Below, one piece after another: positions 50,467 through 62,690 of a DNA stretch of 64,000 nt. This DNA is from Mobula hypostoma (taxonomy: Eukaryota). Position 1 is the stretch's first letter, and each line of letters begins with the position of its first letter. The translations under genes and the position numbers were made by a program. Where the stretch lies: positions 26,724,001 through 26,788,000 of the forward strand of contig NC_086118.1 of NCBI RefSeq assembly GCF_963921235.1, written 5' to 3'. The notes beneath the pieces were generated by a model. That model was not told the origin of the DNA. It saw only the letters and a program-made list of their open reading frames with translations, and ran no database searches.

Positions 50467-52518
50467 GGACTTTATTTGGAAATGCACAGAGGACTGTGTG
50501 TCTCGCAAGACGATCCGGGTATTCCCTAACCGGAAACCTTGGATGAATTATGAGGTCAAGTCCCTTTTAAAGGCTAGAGCTGCGGCTTTTAGGTCCGAGG
50601 ATACCAGTCGCTACACGGAATCCAAGCGTGAACTCCAGAAAGCCGTTAAGGGCGCCAAGAGGCAATATCGAGCCAAGTTGGAAGCCCAGGCTAACCAGAG
50701 AGATGCCAGTAGACTATGACAGGGTCTAAATGAGATCACTGGGCGCAAAGAAAAGGTTGGGAATATCAATAACTGTGGCACTTCTCTTCCTGATGAACTT
50801 AACGTATTCTACGCAAGATTCGAACAGAAGAGGAGCGTCCTGCTCCCTCCGGATGAACCGGACCTGGTGGCATCAAGATTCATCGTCACCGAGGAGGACG
50901 TTAGCAGGGCCTTCCTGAAGGTAAATCCAAGGAAGGCAATGGGCCCAGATGGCATCCCAAGACAGGTTCTCCGGGCCTGTGCAAGCGAGCTAGCTGGAGT
51001 GTTTGCTGACATCTTCAACTGCTCCTTGCTTCAGTCTAAGATCCCCTTGTGTTTTAAGAAGGCAACGATAATCCCAGTGCCGAAGAAGAGCAAGGTGGCA
51101 TGCCTGAATAACTATCCACCTGTGGCTCTGACATCAATTGCTATGAAGTGCTTCGAGAGATTGGTTATGGCACACATCAACCACAGCCTACCGGTCAACC
51201 TCGACGCTTTGCAATTCACCTACCAGAGCAACAAGTCAACGGCAGATGCCATCTCTCCGGCCCAACATTCCTCCTTAGAACACCTGGAGAATAAAGACGC
51301 ATACGTAAAGCTCCTTTTCATTGACTACAGCTCTGCCTTTAATACCATCATTCCAAATAAACTGATTCCTAAGCTTCAGAACCTGAGCCTTAGCACTCAG
51401 ATCTGCAGCTGGATCTTCAACTTCCTCACGGACAGGACCCAGGCTGTAAAAATAGGGGGCAAGCTCTCCTCTACAATCACTCTGAGCACTGGTGCCCCAC
51501 TAGACTGTGTACTAAGCCCCCTGCTGTACTCACTGTACACCCATGATTGTGTAGCCAAGTTTCCATCAAACTCAATATATGTTTGCTGATGACACCACAA
51601 TTGTAGGCTGTATCTCGGGTAATGATGAGTTTGAGTACAGAGAGGAAATTAAGAACCCGGTGGCATGGTGCAAAGACAATAACCTATCCCTCAACGTCAG
51701 CAAGACGAAGGAAGTGGTTGTTGACTTCAGAAGGAGTAGCGAACCGCATGACCCAATTTATATCGGTGGTGCGCAGGTGGAACAGGTCAAAAGCTTTAAG
51801 TTCCTCGGGGTCAATATCACAAATGACCTGACTTGGTCCATCCAAGCAGAGTTCACTGCCAAGAAGGCCCACCAGCGCCTTTACTTCCTGAGAAAACTAA
51901 AGAAATTTGGCCTGTCCCCTAAAACCCTCACTAATTTTTATAGATGCACCGTAGAAAGCATTCTTCTAGGGTGCATCACAACCTGGTATGGAAGTTGTCC
52001 TGTCCAAGACCGAAAGAAGCTGCAGAAGATCATGAACACGGCGCAGCACATCACACAAACCAATCTTCCGTCCTTGGACTCACTTTACACCGCACGCTGT
52101 CGGAGCAGTGCTGCCAGGATAATCAAGGACACGACCCACCCAGCCAACACACTTTTCGTCCCTCTTCCCTCCGGGAGAAGGTTCAGGAGCTTCAAGACTC
52201 GTATGGCCAGATTTGGGAACAGCTTCTTTCCAACTGTGATAAGACTGCTGAACGGATCCTGACCAGGATCTGGGCCGTACCCTCCAAATATCCCGACCTG
52301 CCTCTCGGTTTTTTTGTACTACCTTACTTCTCATTTTTCTATTTTCCATTTATGATTTATAATTTAAATGTTTAATATTTACTAATTTTTACTATTTTAA
52401 TATGTTTAATATTTAATATTTGTAATCCAGGGAGCGGGAAGCGCAGAATCAAATATCGCTGTGATGATTGTACATTCTAGTATCAATTGTTTGGCAACAA
52501 TAAAGTATAAAGTATAAA
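50467..52518 (+). mobile_element. Young Rex1/Babar LINE, 5'-truncated (copy 2)
   Basis: ORFs 50867-51589 and 51579-52262; (TAAAGTA)n tail; near-identical to copy 1. Confidence 0.93.
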
Positions 52519-52829
52519 GATGGCTTTCTAGAGGTCGTACATGGACCTCGTGTAACTTTCTTGGTCACCAGACTTGAATTCCTCTGATCTGCTCCTCAGT
52601 ACATTGCAGATTTCATGGTTCATGCAGGGCTTCCAGTTGGGGAGGACTCTGAATGATTTTGTGGGGACACACTCATCTATGACTGTTCTTATGAAGTCAG
52701 TGACAACCGTGGTGTATTCATTTAGATCCACAGATGACTCCTTAAACATGGCCCATTCCACTAACTCAAAGCGATCCCATGGTTGCTCCTCCGTCTCCAA
52801 TGATCACCTCTTTGTTGTACTAATCATTG

Positions 52830-55324
52830 TGCCACAACCATGGATTCGGCAGCGCAACAGATATGGCAATTGCGCTCATGAATATGCAAGTGTCAGCTAA
52901 TTAGTATTTAATTGTGATAGTATTTAACTCCATTCCTTCCGTCATAGTATTTGTCGAGTCTTGGATACAGCACAGTAACACTTTGCTGCCTGTTTTGCAT
53001 TCGGCCTTGCCTGAGAAATTGGACTGTTGAGTCAACTGACTCTGAAGACTAATGGTATTCGCTTTATTCTTAGTTGTTCTTTTCAGCCGCATAGTAGGCT
53101 TCGTTTTCCATTTGAGACCTAGTTAATGGCCCTATTTGGCCTAGTGTTTATTGTTTTCTTTTCCCTTTAACACTGTTCGCATTAAAGTCTCTGAAATGTC
53201 AACTCGCTTCAGTGTCTCTCACTCTGCACTTGGGCCATATCGGAACCTGGAGGCAGCAAGTCTCAACCACGCAAAGGTAGACCCAGTGAAGAGACAGCAG
53301 CTGAACTTGGCCATGAGATTCATCGGTCAGATTGATTCGTCGAGGCAACAATGTTCCATTGGAATTCCTATGTATGAACTCTTGTTTCTGTCTCCAGCGT
53401 GACAGAAGAATCTTGCCAAGTAAGAAGACCCAGCAAAGTTTGAACAGTGACATTGGTGGCTTGAAGAGAGGGTGCCTTCTTTTCTCAGTACACGTCCTGA
53501 CTCTACATTCCGAGAGTCCCAAGTCTACATACCGAGCTTCTCTATTCTACATTGTGTTTCTCTAGTATCCATTCCAAGTTTTTCAAATCACAAGTACCCA
53601 GGTTCCCAGCTTTGTGGTCCCGTGACTCAGGTCTGCATAACCAATGAGCGCTTCAAGCAAGCTTTTCAATTAATTCAGCAAATCATCATTCAAGTCAATA
53701 GTGTAAATTCTGGAAGAGCCCTACTCCAAAAGCTGATCCCTGGCTGGAGTGTGAAAATACACAAGCAAAGTAACCCTATCAAGAGTATTTTTAACCTCTT
53801 GATGAAAGTCATGGTACAGACTGGGAAAATTGAACTTTTCTGTAGCAAATTAAACAGATCTACAGAGAACCAGCGAGCTTAGCAATGAAAGAAATCTGTC
53901 TATGCTGTCTTGATCTGTAAAGTTGAGAGTATATCATAATTGCCTCTGGCAAAATTGTGAAAGATAAAACACTGAGCAAGATTTGAAAAGGTTCCTTCTC
54001 TAGGTTTCAAGTTTCATGATTTCAAGGTTTCCGGTTTCCCAAGGACATTTCTCTATGTTCCCAGGGTTTTCTTTTTCCGGTCATTTTCAAGGCTTATTCA
54101 ATGTGTTTAGGGTTTTTCAATGTGTCCCCCAACTCAAGGGCTCCCACGCCTCCCTCTCGGCCCTGCCCGAGGTTTCTTGATCTCACTTAGGATTCCCCAG
54201 TCTCTCAGTCTGTTGGGGTTCCTAGGTCTCTCTGGATTCCCCAGTCTCTCAGTCTGTTGAGGTTCCCTGGTCTCAGTCTCTCTGGATCGCCAAGTCTCCC
54301 TGCCTCTCGAGTTCTCCATGCCTCCTTCTCAAGTTCCCAGGTCTCTCGAGTCATCCTGGGATCTCGAGTTTTCAGGGTCTTCCTAGGCCATCAGGTGCCA
54401 GCTACAGAGAGGGGGGTCATGTAGTGACTTCAGTCCTGTGCAGGGCATCAGAGCATTGGGCTCTGAGGTTTTTAGATCGCCTGAATTGGTTAATTTTTGC
54501 TTAACAACAGTTATTAATGGTTTAAGAGTTCCTTGTGTTTTTCTTGAGCGACTCACTTTGTAATACAGTTTCCGGGTGTGTTGTTTAAGTTTAAGTTTGT
54601 TTTGACAGGCTCAGGGATTCTGTGCTAGTTTTATTGTTGAAGCAGATGCCCGATTAGCTCCAATCAGAGGGCCCTCATTATGAGAACGATTTCTCTCACT
54701 GTGTCACTTGGTTGAGTTACCTCTGTATAAGCTCTTGTTTCAGTCTCTACATGGAAGTCTTTGGCTCCGATATTGGCAGTACCCACCATGGCACTTATCT
54801 ACCAGCATCACTGAAGGACATCTTGGACAAGTCCCTCACCCGGGACTTCCAGCAGACACAGGTTTGTGGCGCTGCAGGGGCTGCACCTAGAGAGGGGGTC
54901 CTGTCACAACCACGGATTCAGCAGCGCAGCAGATACAGCAATTGCGCTCGTAAATATGCATAAGTCAGCTAATTGTTATTTCATTGTGATAGTATTTAAC
55001 TCTATTCATTCCGTTGTTGTATTTGTCAAGACGTAGACATAGCACAGTAATGCTTCACTGCCTGTTTGCATTCGGTCTTGCCTGAGAAATTGGACTGTTG
55101 GGTAAACTGACTGAAGACTAACAGTATTCGTTTTATTCTTAGTTTTTTTTTTCAGCTGTATTGTCGGCTTTGTTTTCCATTCAAGAGCTGGTTAATGGCC
55201 CTGTTTGGCCTAGTGTTTATTGTTTTCTTTTCCCTTTAATACTGTTCACATTAAAGTCTGTGAAATGTCGACCTGCTTCAGTGTCTCTCACTCTGCACTT
55301 GGGTCATATCCGAACCTGGTGACA
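52830..55324 (+). mobile_element. Non-autonomous LTR element (LTRs 52830-53255 and 54902-55324)
   Basis: ~425-bp direct repeats with TG...CA ends (right LTR TGTCAC...GTGACA); PPT agagaggggg; 5-bp TSD CATTG at 52825-52829 and 55325-55329; no recognisable pol. Confidence 0.9.
54190..54290. repeat. ~44-bp tandem duplication inside the LTR element
   Basis: ggattccccagtctctcagtctgttg at 54190 and 54234. Confidence 0.8.
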
Positions 55325-55689
55325 CATTGGGGCCTTGCTCTTTAGCCACGGCCTGTGTGCGGGTAAGAAGACCGCCAAGTGATCAGACTTCCCGAAATAT
55401 GGTCTGGGTATGGAATAGTAGGCATTTCTCATTGTAGCATCACAGTGATCTAGAGTGTTGAGATCCCTGGTGCTACAGGTTATATGCTGATGGTAATTGT
55501 GCGTGGATTTCTTCAAAAGAGCTGGATTGAAATCCCCAACATGAAATGCATTGGATTGCAGCAGATGGGATGAAAATGGGAAATCCAGAAAAACTGTAGG
55601 AGTTATTTGTAAGTTTTCATGGAACACTGGAAATTGTGTTAGCAAGCTTCAATCAGAAATGCTTAGAAGTTAGCTCCACTCCAGAGCTT

Positions 55690-57060
55690 TCAGCACGTTA
55701 TCTTAGCTACATTTTAGCAGCCTTCTTCTTCTTGGAAATCCGTTGGGAACGACGATGACATCAGTGACACCTCTGACAAGAGCAAAGCCTGAACTGGGAA
55801 GCACAGATGCACCTGAAGGTCGGGCACATTATGGCCATTGAAGGGTCGGGTCATCTCTCCTTGGGGTCCTGGCACTTTTGATCGAGGTCCTTCAGCCACT
55901 GCTCTTTGAATGCGCTAGTGCCTTTGTAGACTGCCAGGTGCCAGACATTGCAGTCTTTGGCCAAGGCCTTCCAACCAGTCACAGGGATATTGTATGCTAT
56001 CAAGGAAACTTTCACACAGTCTTTATAGCGCTTGGTGGAGTCTCCCTGCTTTCTGGTGCCATGTGCCAGTTTGGAAAAGAATAGGATCTTTGGAAGATAG
56101 TTGTCTTCCATCCGGACCACATGTCCAACCCATCGAAGTTGAGCCCTCATGATCAGTGTCTCTGAGAAAGAGTTCTCGGCCCGTTGCAGCACTTCTGTGG
56201 TGGGGACCCTGCCTTGCCACGAGATGTCCATGATCTTGCGAAGACAGCGCAGGTGGAACTGGTCAAGCATCTTGAAGTGCCTACAGTATGGGGTCCATGT
56301 TTCACAGCCATACAGCAGAGAATTCAGGACGACTGCTCTGTAGGCTCCCCTCTTAGTCTTCAGCCAGATGCCGCATTCTTCCCACACACATGTTCATAGC
56401 CTGACAAAGGATGCCTCAGTTTTCGCAAGTCTGTTTGAGACTCTCAATCTAGACTGCAAGAGGAGGTGAGGCAGCTTCTCAGGTAGGTGAAGGTGTTAAC
56501 ATTGTTGAGAAGTGTGCCTTCAATCTCAATTTGTGGTTCCAGAAGGTTGGTATGGGGTGTGGGCTGAAGTAGAAATTCTGTCTTCTGCAGGCTGTCATTT
56601 AGGCCAAATTATCTTGCTGCCACAGTGAGGCAGTTAGCGAGCTCCTGCAGGTCCCTTTCACTGTGCGCAGTAAGGATGCAGTCATCTGCAAAGAGGAAAT
56701 CTTGTACTATTGCTTCCAGCACTTTGGTCTTGGCCTTGAGGCATTACAGATCCACGAAGCATCCATTAGTCCTGTAGCAAATTGTTATTCCTGCATCAGT
56801 CTGTGAGAGCAGAGAATAGCATCATGGCAAACAGTAGGCTGCGAGGACACAGCCCTATTTGACACCGTTAGCTACTAGGAAGAGGTGCAGCCTTTTTCAA
56901 TGACCCTAGCCATCATGGTTCTAAATGGTTGTCATAGCCAGGGTGGTAGTGAGGATAAGCTCCCACTACCTATAAAGTGCTCCCAATGGTGTGTGCCTCA
57001 AATTAGCCTCTGATAACCAACTTCTGGCCTTCATGGGGCAGAACTGTTTAGCAGTCTTAC
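55690..57060 (-). mobile_element. RTE-clade LINE, internally deleted
   Basis: ORF 55851-56387: YRAVVLNSLLYGCETW, QLRWVGHVVRMED; FADD-coding sequence near 56680-56700; 5' UTR-like block 56930-57060. Confidence 0.88.
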
Positions 57061-58369
57061 CGTTGTGGTGACCTGTAGGGAACCCTTTCAGATGAGGCAT
57101 TGATCTAGATTTTTAGTAGTTAAGACAGTTATATTCAGTTCAGTGAATTTGTGTTAGACAATCTCTAAGGAAAGCACTTTCCTTTGTTATGGAGACCAAA
57201 CCAGCCTCAGCTGCAGCCATCTGTACAACTACAGCACATCTCACTCTTGCTTACTAACCTGTCTTCTACCCTTGAACTTAAAAGCCAAACTATTATTTTT
57301 CTATCTAATTTGCTTGATTGTTTTCCTACATTTATGAAATAACTCATAAAGTTCCCTCTAATTACCAATATTTGTTCCTATGACTTAAAAAAAAGCCCAG
57401 AAGTTATTTTCCATACCTGTTTTTATGTACCATGCCAATAAATTTAGAGTAATTTGAATATGAGCACGTCCTCCGGCTCACTGAGTCTGCACTCATTTAC
57501 ACTAATCCCACATTCCCAATAACAGGCCTACTCCAACCCACAGACCCTATGACTTAGTTAAACACAAGGGACAATTTACAATGGCCAATTAACATATCCA
57601 CCGTTTGGGAAAGTATTTATCTGTTCAGGATTACATGGATCTGCAGTCTTCTAGTCCTTGAAATGTCTCTTCCTGTGTTTGTTCCTCATCTTACTGAACC
57701 TGATTCCCCAACACAGGTTATTAAGATTTTTATTATTGGCACAAACTATTTCACTGTCTCAACTATTTTCTCCACCATAATTTCTTCTTCCTGCATGTCA
57801 TTAACCAAGATTTACTTCTGCAAGCTACGTATGGCTCAATTGGCAGCACTCCTTATTCTAATAGTTAGGGCCTTGAGCTTCAGTTTAGAACCACAAGCAA
57901 AGAATCTGGGCTGAAACTCCAGTGAGGAAGTGTTACATTGTGAGTTATTCTACTAGGATACAACTAAAAGTCTCAGGCACCATTTTGAAAAAAAGTTCTA
58001 ATGTTAGTCCTCCTTTCACAGTCATCACTTATCCCTGAATCAAATAAAACTACATCAACTAAACCTGGTCATTATCCCAGAAGTCTTTGTGTGTCCAAAT
58101 CGGCTACCGCTATTTCCTGTATTACAACCATCGCAACCCATAAAAAAAGTCAAATAGATTAAAAAAATCAACTGAGCAGTTTTGAGATTGTAGAAGAATG
58201 TGAATTCAAGATTTCCTTCTTTAAGAGAGAAACAGCATGTTAAATTATGGCTGATTAACCCAATGAGACGAAGTTGAAAACTTTGAAATAATTTGATTAA
58301 TCCTGTAATATTATAATAGACACAGATTTATATTCCTTACATCATGAAAGTAGATTTTAAGCCACTTAC

Positions 58370-58521
58370 ACTATATCCCAAATGATACAAGTACCATCAG
58401 AACTTGCTGATACACATTCTTGATTGTTTTTTTTAACTTTAATGCATGATATCATAGATGAGTGTTCCTTCAGAGCTTCAATCAGCCTCTGGCTTTTTGA
58501 ACCAATCTCCCACACCCGCAC
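58370..58521 (-). CDS. CFAP52: CFAP52 coding exon (4th from last)
   Basis: TTTCAG acceptor, GTAAGT donor; VRVWEIGSKSQRLIEALKEHSSMISCIKVKKNNQECVSASSDGTCIIWDI(V); 152 bp; WD signature IIWD. Confidence 0.95.
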
Positions 58522-59949
58522 CTGAAATTAAAAAGATTGTTTTCAAATTGTTTTAAAGATGGTTAAAGATTGTTTTGACTAGAATGATTGACCACCTGGT
58601 ATTTGGGAGAATGTCATGGTGCTGCTGGGATTTAGAAAGACTTTAAAAAGACTGGAACAGTCTCAGTTTTAATGTTTTCTTAGGTTGTGTACAATTTGTA
58701 AACATCTATCCATCCACCATTTACACAGGGCCTTTATGTGCCCAATGCCCTAACGTTCCCAAACCCATATTCTCCCTCTCAAGTAATTAAAGCCAGACTT
58801 TCTCCAAAGGCAATGAAGTTTTAAGAACACTACTTAAATCTGTTTCTAAATTCTGCATCTGATCATCTCCTCCTACGATAGAGCTCAGAATGAAGTGCTT
58901 ATTTCAGGAGTCTGATGTCGGGCATGCAGGAGACATAACCTCCTCGACATTACCAACCAAATGTAACTAGGGCTTCAGTACAGGGAATGTTGCTTTGAGA
59001 GAGATACTAACATTAGTAGTTTTCAGTAATTTGGAGGATTTTGCAGAAACAGAATTGGTAGTACTTTTTCAATGTTTTGAGATACTGTTGGTAATCAAGT
59101 CTCAGAACTTAGACATGGGCAGATATCACTTCTGCTGAGCAGACCATGAAATTATTGTAGTTTACGGTCTCCAGCTTCCTTCATTATCTCAAAAAGGTGT
59201 GCTGGTGTATTGAAGGTGATGGGGAATTTTATTGTTAGCCTGCCTTTGCCAAGATGTGGCTTGTGGGAAATGGTCTACATTATCCAGGCTCACTGTGAAC
59301 TGTTATTGGAAGAGGGAGTGCAGTGTAGCAGAGACCTCTCTCTTGCAGATATTCAGTGTTAAGATTTATTTTGCTACATATCCATATTTTACCAGACACA
59401 TCTATCCTCTACATTACTTGAAGCATCAGTAATTGAGTTGGTGGCTACAAGGTCCTCTGCTGCAGGGCAGGTTACATTTTTGGATATCCAAGATGGGATG
59501 AGGACACTGTCATCTCCGAACAATCAACTTCACAGATCACAGCCTCAGCAGTGGGCACCATTAAGATGGCCACATCAATTCCTCCTCGGAGATCAAAACA
59601 TGTAGACAGACCAATTCCTTTCAGATAGTTGCTGTTTGTGCACCACCTTGTCCTGAATAAACATGGATATGGGTCAATGAGTTTTCTGCAGTGTATTTGA
59701 GTAATAACCAACAATATATAGATTTATTGAGAAGTTGATGTGCGTCATGCAGCCATACATATGTATGATTCTATGTACGATGGAACATATGAAAATAAGA
59801 TTGTCTGAATTTGAAGACCTGTTGCTTCATGCGTGATAGAGTGTGATTACTTATTTGCTGCCTGAGGCTACAAGTATAATTTGTGAAATAAGGCTTTTCA
59901 AAATGCATTCACTGAATTTGATCACACAAAGTCATAGAGTCTTCACAGC

Positions 59950-61000
59950 TTTGGACTAATGAGGCAGTGGCACAATGGATAAAGTAAGGAGGGAGCCAAG
60001 TAACAGAAAACAAAACTAGTAGTGAATAGGTTCTTCTCAGCATATACATAGGAAACAATATTAGTTCATTTTATTATATGCTAGTACTGGGGAAAAGGGC
60101 ATAATTTCAGATAGTGCAGGTGATGTAATTCTCGGAAGTGTGGTAAAGGTAAAACAGTAAATGTGAAGAGACAGATTTAAATTGGAATGAGATGAAGCAA
60201 CGTGAAGTGAATGGCAGAATTTTAAACGTGGACAGGAAAGAGAGAGATCTGAATTGGCTCATACACATAAAACTTTGAGGGTGGCAGAACAATGCTGTTT
60301 AATTTATTATTGATTCAAGAGACCTAGGTATTGCTGGCAAGATCAGTATACATTACCCATCTGAAATTGTCCCTGAAATGAATAGTTTCCAAGCTCATTT
60401 CAGGGGATTATTAAGAGTCAACCATATTGTTGTGTCTGGTCACATACAAGGCAAACAGGGAAAAGAATGGCAAATTTACTTCTCTGAACCAGATGGGTTT
60501 TTACAACAATCTCATGATTGCCATGACTGATATTAGCTTTCCAATTTCCAGAGTTATTTCGGTACTTAAACTCATATCCTTGAAGATGTGCGCTGTGATT
60601 CAAACTCGTATCTCGAGATCAATCATTGGATACCACTGGATATCAGCCATAGAACTTAATCGCCACAGGATACCGATCTTTATTAAAAGACAAGTATAAA
60701 AGCAAAGATGCCAAGCATTTGCAGAGCACTGGTAAGACTTAGCTGAAGCAATGCTTCCAACTTTGGACAAAATATATTTGACAAAATGCGAAAGTCTTTG
60801 AAATAGATTTTACACTGATTATTGGGAAAGTCGTGGTTTTTCTCCTTTACGGCACAGAAGATTAGAGAAAGAAGGTTGGAGCAGTTCAAAGTTTTGAAGA
60901 ACTTTGTACCTAGAAAGAAAAGGATAAACTGTTTCCACTGGCAAGATGCATAGCAACAAGAAAACATAGCTCTTGGACAATTAGTAGGAAGGAACAAAAG
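59950..61000 (+). mobile_element. Very old CR1-type fragments
   Basis: Degenerate motifs such as agagcactggtaagacttagctgaagcaatg. Confidence 0.4.
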
Positions 61001-61034
61001 AGAAAGAAGCACATATGAGAATAGAATCAAAATT

Positions 61035-62690
61035 TGGTTCAATATCACTGGTATACAGTATGTCATGAAATTTGTTGTTTTGCAGCATCAGTACATTGCA
61101 ATTGTTGTTGATGTTCCGTCGTTAAGTTGAGTCCGACTCTTTGTGACCTCACGGACTCCTGCACACCCGGCCTTCATGTTGGAAACTGCCTCTCCAAGAT
61201 TCCTCAAGGTCATACACATTGAATAATATTATCTATACACTGTCATCCTCTCCTTCTTTCACCTTCTGTTTTACCTAACACAAGAGTTTTCTCCATGGAA
61301 TCCTATCTTCTCATGATGTGGCCAAAATATTTGAGCATTTGTCTCATAATCAAACCTCCTAGGGAGCGATCTGGCTGTATTCCAAGTATTGACTTGTTGG
61401 ATCTTCTTGCTGTCCAACAAATTCTTAACAGTTTCCTCCAGCATCCAAGTTCAAAGGTGTCAATTCTTTCGTATTCAGCCTTACTGATAGTCTAGCTGTC
61501 ACAGCCATACATCACAACTGGAAATATCAGAGACTTGACTATATGGATCTCCGTAGACAATGTTATGTCTATCTAAATTTGCCATTGCTGCATTACCTTG
61601 CTAGCATGTGAAACTAGTGAAATTGTTCAGTAATTTGAGCATTCCTTTGCATTTCCCTTCTTGGACCTCTTCATGGGCCGTTAGCTTGTCATGGTGAGGG
61701 GACCTGTGTATCTCAGTGATGCTCTGAGCTATACCATGTAGAGCTACTCAAGAGGGACAGGTCATGGCAGAGAGGTCAGACTAAATATGGTCCACTGGAG
61801 AAGGAAATGGCAACCCACTCCAGTAACTTGCCAAGAAAACCTTATGGATAAAAGTAACCAGAGATATATGAGAATGACACCAGAAGATGAGCCCCACAGG
61901 TCTGAAGGTGCCCAACATACTAATACGGAAGAAAGGAGGACAAGTACATTGCAATACATAACAATAAAAAACTATAAATTAAAATGAGAAATATATTTTT
62001 AAAAATTAATAAGTATGCAAAAAGAGTGGGGTAGTGCACATGGATTCATTGTCCACTCAGAAATCTGACGCAGAAGGGAAGAAGCTGCTCCTAAAATGTT
62101 GAGTGTGTACCTCCTCCTTGATGGTAGCAATGAGAAGAGGGCATGTCCTGGGTGATGGAGATCCCTAACGATGGATGCCGCCTTTTTGAAGCATCGCTTT
62201 TTGAAGATGTCCTTGATGCTGGGGAGGCATCATTTCCAATCCTGTGCAATGCCCCCTCCACACCAGGCACTGATAACTGATGCAACCAGTTCGCATGTTG
62301 TCCACTGTACATCTGAAGAAATTTGGGAGTATCTTTGGCAACATATCAATTCTCCTCAAACTCCTAATGAAATATAGCCAATGCCATGCCTTCTTTGCAA
62401 TTCCATCAGTCTGTTCAGCTCAGGATAGAACTTGGATGTTTACACCCAGGAACTTGAAACTGCTCACCCTTTCCACTGCTGATCCCTCGATGAGGCGTGG
62501 TTTGTGTTCCCTCAACATTTGAGCTGTGCCTAGCCACACAGTTACGGGTGTAGAGAGTAGAGCAGTGGGCAAAGGACACATCCTTGAAGTGTGCAGTGTT
62601 GATTGTGAGCATGCAGGCGACATTATTTCCAATCCACATTGTGTGGGTCGATGAGGAAGCCAAGCTTTCATTGTGGAGTTCAACAAAAAA
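61035..62690 (-). mobile_element. Rex1/Babar 3' part, host of the BovB-like insert
   Basis: VERVSSFKFLGVNI, NFFRCTVDN; 3' UTR is continuous once 61103-61955 is removed. Confidence 0.85.
61103..61942. mobile_element. BovB-like RTE insertion: 3' end on minus (~61103-61590), 5' region on plus (~61675-61942)
   Basis: gagtccgactctttgtgacc 3' motif with (CAA)n tail; ggtccactggagaaggaaatggcaacccactccagta at 61789-61825; 13-bp TSD AGTACATTGCAAT. Confidence 0.85.

Larger units (their letters stand above)
49713..55560 (-). mobile_element. Older Rex1/Babar LINE in three pieces (49713-50466, 52519-52829, 55325-55560)
   Basis: Collinear ORFs 55304-55645 (FGKSDHLAV), 52528-52800, 50077-50508, 49841-50224 (LDPLQFAY). 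Confidence 0.88.

Noticed and set aside
53151..53882. ORFs inside the LTR element as gag or cargo genes
   Set aside because: No recognisable motifs; short overlapping frames consistent with chance
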